Positions 60,424-64,000 of a stretch of DNA of 64,000 nt are shown here, piece by piece. The stretch's first letter is position 1. Each line of letters starts with the position of its first letter. The notes under the pieces were generated by a model, which had not been told where the DNA came from, did not search any database, and was given only the letters and a program-made list of their open reading frames with translations. A program made the translations under genes and the position numbers. The stretch is from an archaeon (GTDB lineage: Archaea > EX4484-52 > WAPT01). The DNA is taken from positions 22,564 through 86,563 of the forward strand of contig JAPDKB010000009.1 in assembly GCA_029258795.1 (NCBI GenBank). Direction: 5' to 3'.

Positions 60424-61428
60424 ATGCCCGTAGGTTCAGAAAAAAAGGAACTGGAACTCAGAATAGAGATGTGGAAGGAGAAGATAGAACAGTTCAAAGA
60501 TGAGGTTAGAAAAACCTTTATAGGACAGGATGAAGTTTTGAAAACAGCGATTCTTGGGATACTGTCGAGAGGACATGTGTTGCTGGAAGGTGCGCCCGGA
60601 CTGGCAAAAACATTGCTTGTGATGACTATAGCTAAAACGGTTCGAAACGCCAAGTTCCAGCGTATTCAGTTCACTCCTGATCTGCTACCTAGCGATCTAA
60701 CTGGCGTGACTGCTTACGACCCAAAGAGGAGTGAGTTTTATGTAATTAAGGGGCCTGTCTTTGCAAATTTCATTCTGGGAGATGAAATCAACAGAGCCCC
60801 GCCAAAAGTTCAGAGTGCTATGCTCTCGGTCATGCAGGAGAGACAGGTGGTTATAGGTAAGGAGATATATGATCTGGAGGAGCCATTTTTTGTTATGGCA
60901 ACCCAGAATCCTATAGAACAGCAGGGTACTTACCCCTTACCGGAAGCACAGGTGGACAGATTTCTGTTTAAAGTGCTGGTGGACTATCCTAAAAAAGATG
61001 AGGAGTTAGCGATACTGGATAGGAACACGATGATAAGAGAGTTTGAGGAAGCAGGTGTGCAGGCTGTGCTCGATAAACAAGAGATTTTGGAGATGCAGGC
61101 TGACGTCAAGAGAGTTTATTCTTCCGAAGAGATCAAAAATTATATAGTGGATATAGTCCTGGCAACCAGAGACCCGGAAGCTTATGAGATAAAGAGTGGA
61201 AAGTATATTGCATGGGGAGCATCACCAAGAGCATCCATAGCGCTTTACATAGCGTCAAAAGCTCACGCCTTTATAGAAGGAAGAACTTTTGTCATTCCGG
61301 AAGATGTCAGAGCTGTCGCACATGATGTGCTGAGGCACAGGATTATATTGAATTATGAAGGTAAAGCGCTGGAAATAACTACTGATGAGATTATAGACGA
61401 AATTTTAAAAAAGGTGCCCGTACCCTGA
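60424..61428 (+). CDS. MoxR-family AAA+ ATPase
   Basis: Walker A GAPGLAKT, DEINRAPPKVQSAMLSVMQE, ATQNPIEQQGTYPLPEAQVDRF. Confidence 0.8.
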   Translation: MPVGSEKKELELRIEMWKEKIEQFKDEVRKTFIGQDEVLKTAILGILSRGHVLLEGAPGLAKTLLVMTIAKTVRNAKFQRIQFTPDLLPSDLTGVTAYDPKRSEFYVIKGPVFANFILGDEINRAPPKVQSAMLSVMQERQVVIGKEIYDLEEPFFVMATQNPIEQQGTYPLPEAQVDRFLFKVLVDYPKKDEELAILDRNTMIREFEEAGVQAVLDKQEILEMQADVKRVYSSEEIKNYIVDIVLATRDPEAYEIKSGKYIAWGASPRASIALYIASKAHAFIEGRTFVIPEDVRAVAHDVLRHRIILNYEGKALEITTDEIIDEILKKVPVP

Positions 61429-63876
61429 TCAAAACCTTCTCTTTCCAAATGGAAGAACTCTGCTTCTCAGCTTCAATTTCTTCCTTTTCTTTACTGATGC
61501 TGCCAGAAAGATCATGAACACGAAGAAGATGGATAAGTAGAAATTCGTTTTTTCCGCACCTTCCAAAGCAAAGTACCCAGAAATACTATCTATTTCTGGA
61601 AGATCAAAGCTCCAACCTTCGTCAGCACTTTCTGCCTGTTGCTGCGCACTGCTATTGGTCTCTTCAACCTCCTCCTCCAGCTTCAGAGTGAATGAAACGG
61701 TATCCTTTGCTTCTTTACCGCTGAATGTGATCTTCGGGAAATAATATTTCTCACAACGGTCATTTATACAATCTTCTGCAGGTATGTTTATGTACATTTT
61801 AATAACTTTACTCTCTCCGGCTTTGATAACGTTTATGGATTTCGGAACAATTGCAAACCAGTCATAGTTCAGGTTTGTAACATCAACCACAATGTTCGTT
61901 ACATCAACCTGCCCTGTGTTTTGGAGCGTTATCTCCACTACCTTACTCTGTCCCGGGACAACACTTACAACATCTGGAGCAATGGATTTCAATTCGATTT
62001 TTCTCTCAACATGAATAACGAATGTCTTCTCAATAGAAATGTACGGGTTTTTTTCGGCTTTGGTCACAATTTCGTAACTGCCGTCTTCTTGAGGCGCGCT
62101 TATAACTGCAGAGAACTTCCCACCCAAATCGGTGGTTGTGGTTGTTGTCGCTTCCATCCCCTTTATGCTCACTGTAATTCGAACATCTTTGACGGGGTCT
62201 CCTTTGCTGTTTTTGACCACTCCGCTCACTTCCACATTCTCTCCAGCATAATAATCTTTCTGTACCTCATCAAGCTCTATTATGAGGGGCTCGCGTTCTC
62301 CAACCACGAAAGCCCCGAGCTTGGTCGTATTTACCTTCACCACATTAGACACTATATTGACTTCCGAGGAAACAGCTTCCCACTCACCCACACACTCCCT
62401 CCTCCCAAAATTCCAGTCAGTACATCTATAAACCTCCAATCCTTTTTCGTTCCTAACGGAAGCATCGTTGTAAGGTATTGTGAGATATGCTGTTTTGAAG
62501 AGGGGTGCGAACTCCAGAACCACGAGTTTTACAGCTTTGAACCCCTCTATCTGTATGTTTTTTATGAATCTATCATACCTTATTCCATTTACCACGGGTT
62601 CGTTAATCTCAACCTGTTTTATAACTGCGGTTACTTCCGGAAACCGTATCTCGAAATCGTATGTGCCCGAAGGTAATGAGGTTTGGTATCTTCCCAGATT
62701 ATCGGTTCGCATCAAAATTTCCTCCGTGTTTTCACCTCTTATCTTTATGATTCCATTCACAACATTACCTGCAGGATCTATCAGCTGACCCGACACAGGT
62801 ATGACGAAATAAACCGGAACCTTGGATGAGACTGCAGGGGTGTAACCATCATATACGACTTTGATATAGAGTTCGTAGGGTTCGTTGGAAGATTCTAATT
62901 TGGGTATCTGCACAAGCAACTTGTATCTCTGTGTGTTGGCATCATACCAAACATTTAGGATTGGAATTCTCTTATCAATTCCATTACCCTCAATATAAGC
63001 TTCGAAATTATCCACAGTAAGATCATTTGCGGGCACGCCCTTTTCCAGAACTTGAATGGTTATGTTTTTGTTGGTGGTGTCTGCCAGCCTTATCTCGGTG
63101 GATGGGTTGGGATCTATCAGCACAGCGACCAGAGCATCATTTATTCTGACAGCATCATAAGCAACATCAATTGCAGTTCTTTTCGACCCGTCCATGGTCA
63201 GTGATCCTCTCACCTCCAGGTCATAAATGCCCGGTGGCGTGTTCTGGTTGAAAGAAACTACTTGAATGCTCCAGATTTTTGTTCCGGGGTCAAATATGAT
63301 GCTATCTACATTCAATGGGATTTTGGTATTACCTTCCTTAATGGACACGGAAAACTCCGGAGCGAGACCCGTGTCTACATACTGGTTATTGATTTTAAAT
63401 TTCAATTTTACGGTGAACGATGATCCTGCATATACATCATATAGGCTACCGGTTGCGGGTTCAACTATCTCAATCGTTGGCTTTTTTACAACAAAAGATA
63501 GAGTTTCAGTATCTTTTCCAGAGGAATCCTCGCAAGTTACGGTTGCCTCATAATTTCCGTAGAAAGTTGCAGTGTAATGCGCTTCATACATCCCACTCTC
63601 ATCCTCTCCAAAATTCAGCGGTGCTTCCTTACCATCTGGAAGTGTAACAACTCCAAAGATGGAAGATGAGTTACTACTCTCATTCAAACTGCAATTGAGA
63701 TGAAACGCGATTTCAACAGCATTTTGGTCGTAATTCATCCATATGGGGGATGAGGGTTCCATGTAAAGCTCTACTATCTTAGCAGCATTAGTGCAGGAAG
63801 GCACTATAACAATGCCCATCACCAACAGGTACAGAATTAATATTCTATTTACTGCTTGCATTCGCGAAACACCCAC
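61429..63876 (-). CDS. Large secreted Ig-like/CARDB-like domain surface protein (815 aa) with a C-terminal TM anchor
   Basis: Signal peptide, repeated beta-rich ~100 aa modules, C-terminal TM and a basic tail KKRKKLKLR. Confidence 0.6.
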   Translation of the reverse strand: MGVSRMQAVNRILILYLLVMGIVIVPSCTNAAKIVELYMEPSSPIWMNYDQNAVEIAFHLNCSLNESSNSSSIFGVVTLPDGKEAPLNFGEDESGMYEAHYTATFYGNYEATVTCEDSSGKDTETLSFVVKKPTIEIVEPATGSLYDVYAGSSFTVKLKFKINNQYVDTGLAPEFSVSIKEGNTKIPLNVDSIIFDPGTKIWSIQVVSFNQNTPPGIYDLEVRGSLTMDGSKRTAIDVAYDAVRINDALVAVLIDPNPSTEIRLADTTNKNITIQVLEKGVPANDLTVDNFEAYIEGNGIDKRIPILNVWYDANTQRYKLLVQIPKLESSNEPYELYIKVVYDGYTPAVSSKVPVYFVIPVSGQLIDPAGNVVNGIIKIRGENTEEILMRTDNLGRYQTSLPSGTYDFEIRFPEVTAVIKQVEINEPVVNGIRYDRFIKNIQIEGFKAVKLVVLEFAPLFKTAYLTIPYNDASVRNEKGLEVYRCTDWNFGRRECVGEWEAVSSEVNIVSNVVKVNTTKLGAFVVGEREPLIIELDEVQKDYYAGENVEVSGVVKNSKGDPVKDVRITVSIKGMEATTTTTTDLGGKFSAVISAPQEDGSYEIVTKAEKNPYISIEKTFVIHVERKIELKSIAPDVVSVVPGQSKVVEITLQNTGQVDVTNIVVDVTNLNYDWFAIVPKSINVIKAGESKVIKMYINIPAEDCINDRCEKYYFPKITFSGKEAKDTVSFTLKLEEEVEETNSSAQQQAESADEGWSFDLPEIDSISGYFALEGAEKTNFYLSIFFVFMIFLAASVKKRKKLKLRSRVLPFGKRRF

Positions 63877-63882
63877 CTTCTC

Positions 63883-64000
63883 TCAAATCAAGCCCAGCAA
63901 TTTTCTTATTCCCAAAAATCTGGGCGGTTCATAAACCTTTCCTATCAGCTTGGCTGCAAGCTTTTTCATGGCTATGGATGAAGAGGTGTAAGGATCCATC
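63883..64000 (-). CDS. 3' end of a gene that begins beyond the window end
   Basis: Open minus-strand frame running in from the window edge and ending ...KLLGLI with a stop at 63883-63885. Confidence 0.25.
   Translation of the reverse strand, partial: MDPYTSSSIAMKKLAAKLIGKVYEPPRFLGIRKLLGLI

Noticed and set aside
61921-62676. 251 aa ORF antisense to the 815 aa surface protein gene
   Set aside because: It is contained within a long, well-supported minus-strand CDS and is an AT-rich frame artefact.

Overview
This is an archaeal chromosomal window. GC-rich rRNA against K/E-rich, more AT-leaning coding sequence suggests a thermophile, but I cannot assign a lineage from sequence alone. The minus strand from ~0.7 to 7.5 kb carries a tRNA-Arg with a D-loop intron, Sec61beta, RNase P RNA and an rRNA operon (16S - tRNA-Ala - 23S) preceded by tRNA-His. 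From 12.4 to 16.3 kb lies the S13-S4-S11-RpoD-L18e-L13-S9-RpoN cluster. The main r-protein operon L3...L15-SecY runs from 36.2 to 22.1 kb, followed by DUF106, L34e, L14e, Cbf5 and Trm112. CysRS, MetRS and RlmH are also present. I count eight tRNAs; six carry an intron at one position in the T-loop (about 59/60) and one carries a D-loop intron. The 16S gene has a short palindromic insertion of about 45 nt. K-rich tails of L32e, S3 and S17 share a near-identical DNA segment, and an unassigned CxxC...CxxC zinc-ribbon ORF sits between L32e and L19e. The stretch 40-50 kb looks accessory. It holds a DUF1704 putative metallopeptidase and two tandem RimK-like ATP-grasp genes with a retropepsin-like protease. 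It also holds a PflX-like radical SAM, a GIY-YIG gene, and a radical SAM/SPASM maturase next to a small Cys-repeat peptide, which I read as a candidate RiPP locus. Further along are NUDIX, a HEPN/MNT pair, an SplB-like radical SAM and Endo IV. From 52 to 64 kb there is an E1-like ThiF enzyme with a novel C-terminal domain convergent with a TtuA-like tRNA thiolase, then two large secreted surface proteins, a membrane HExxH protein, a long K/E coiled-coil protein and a MoxR ATPase. I found no CRISPR array and no cas genes. All calls are by-eye motif and fold reading without database searches.
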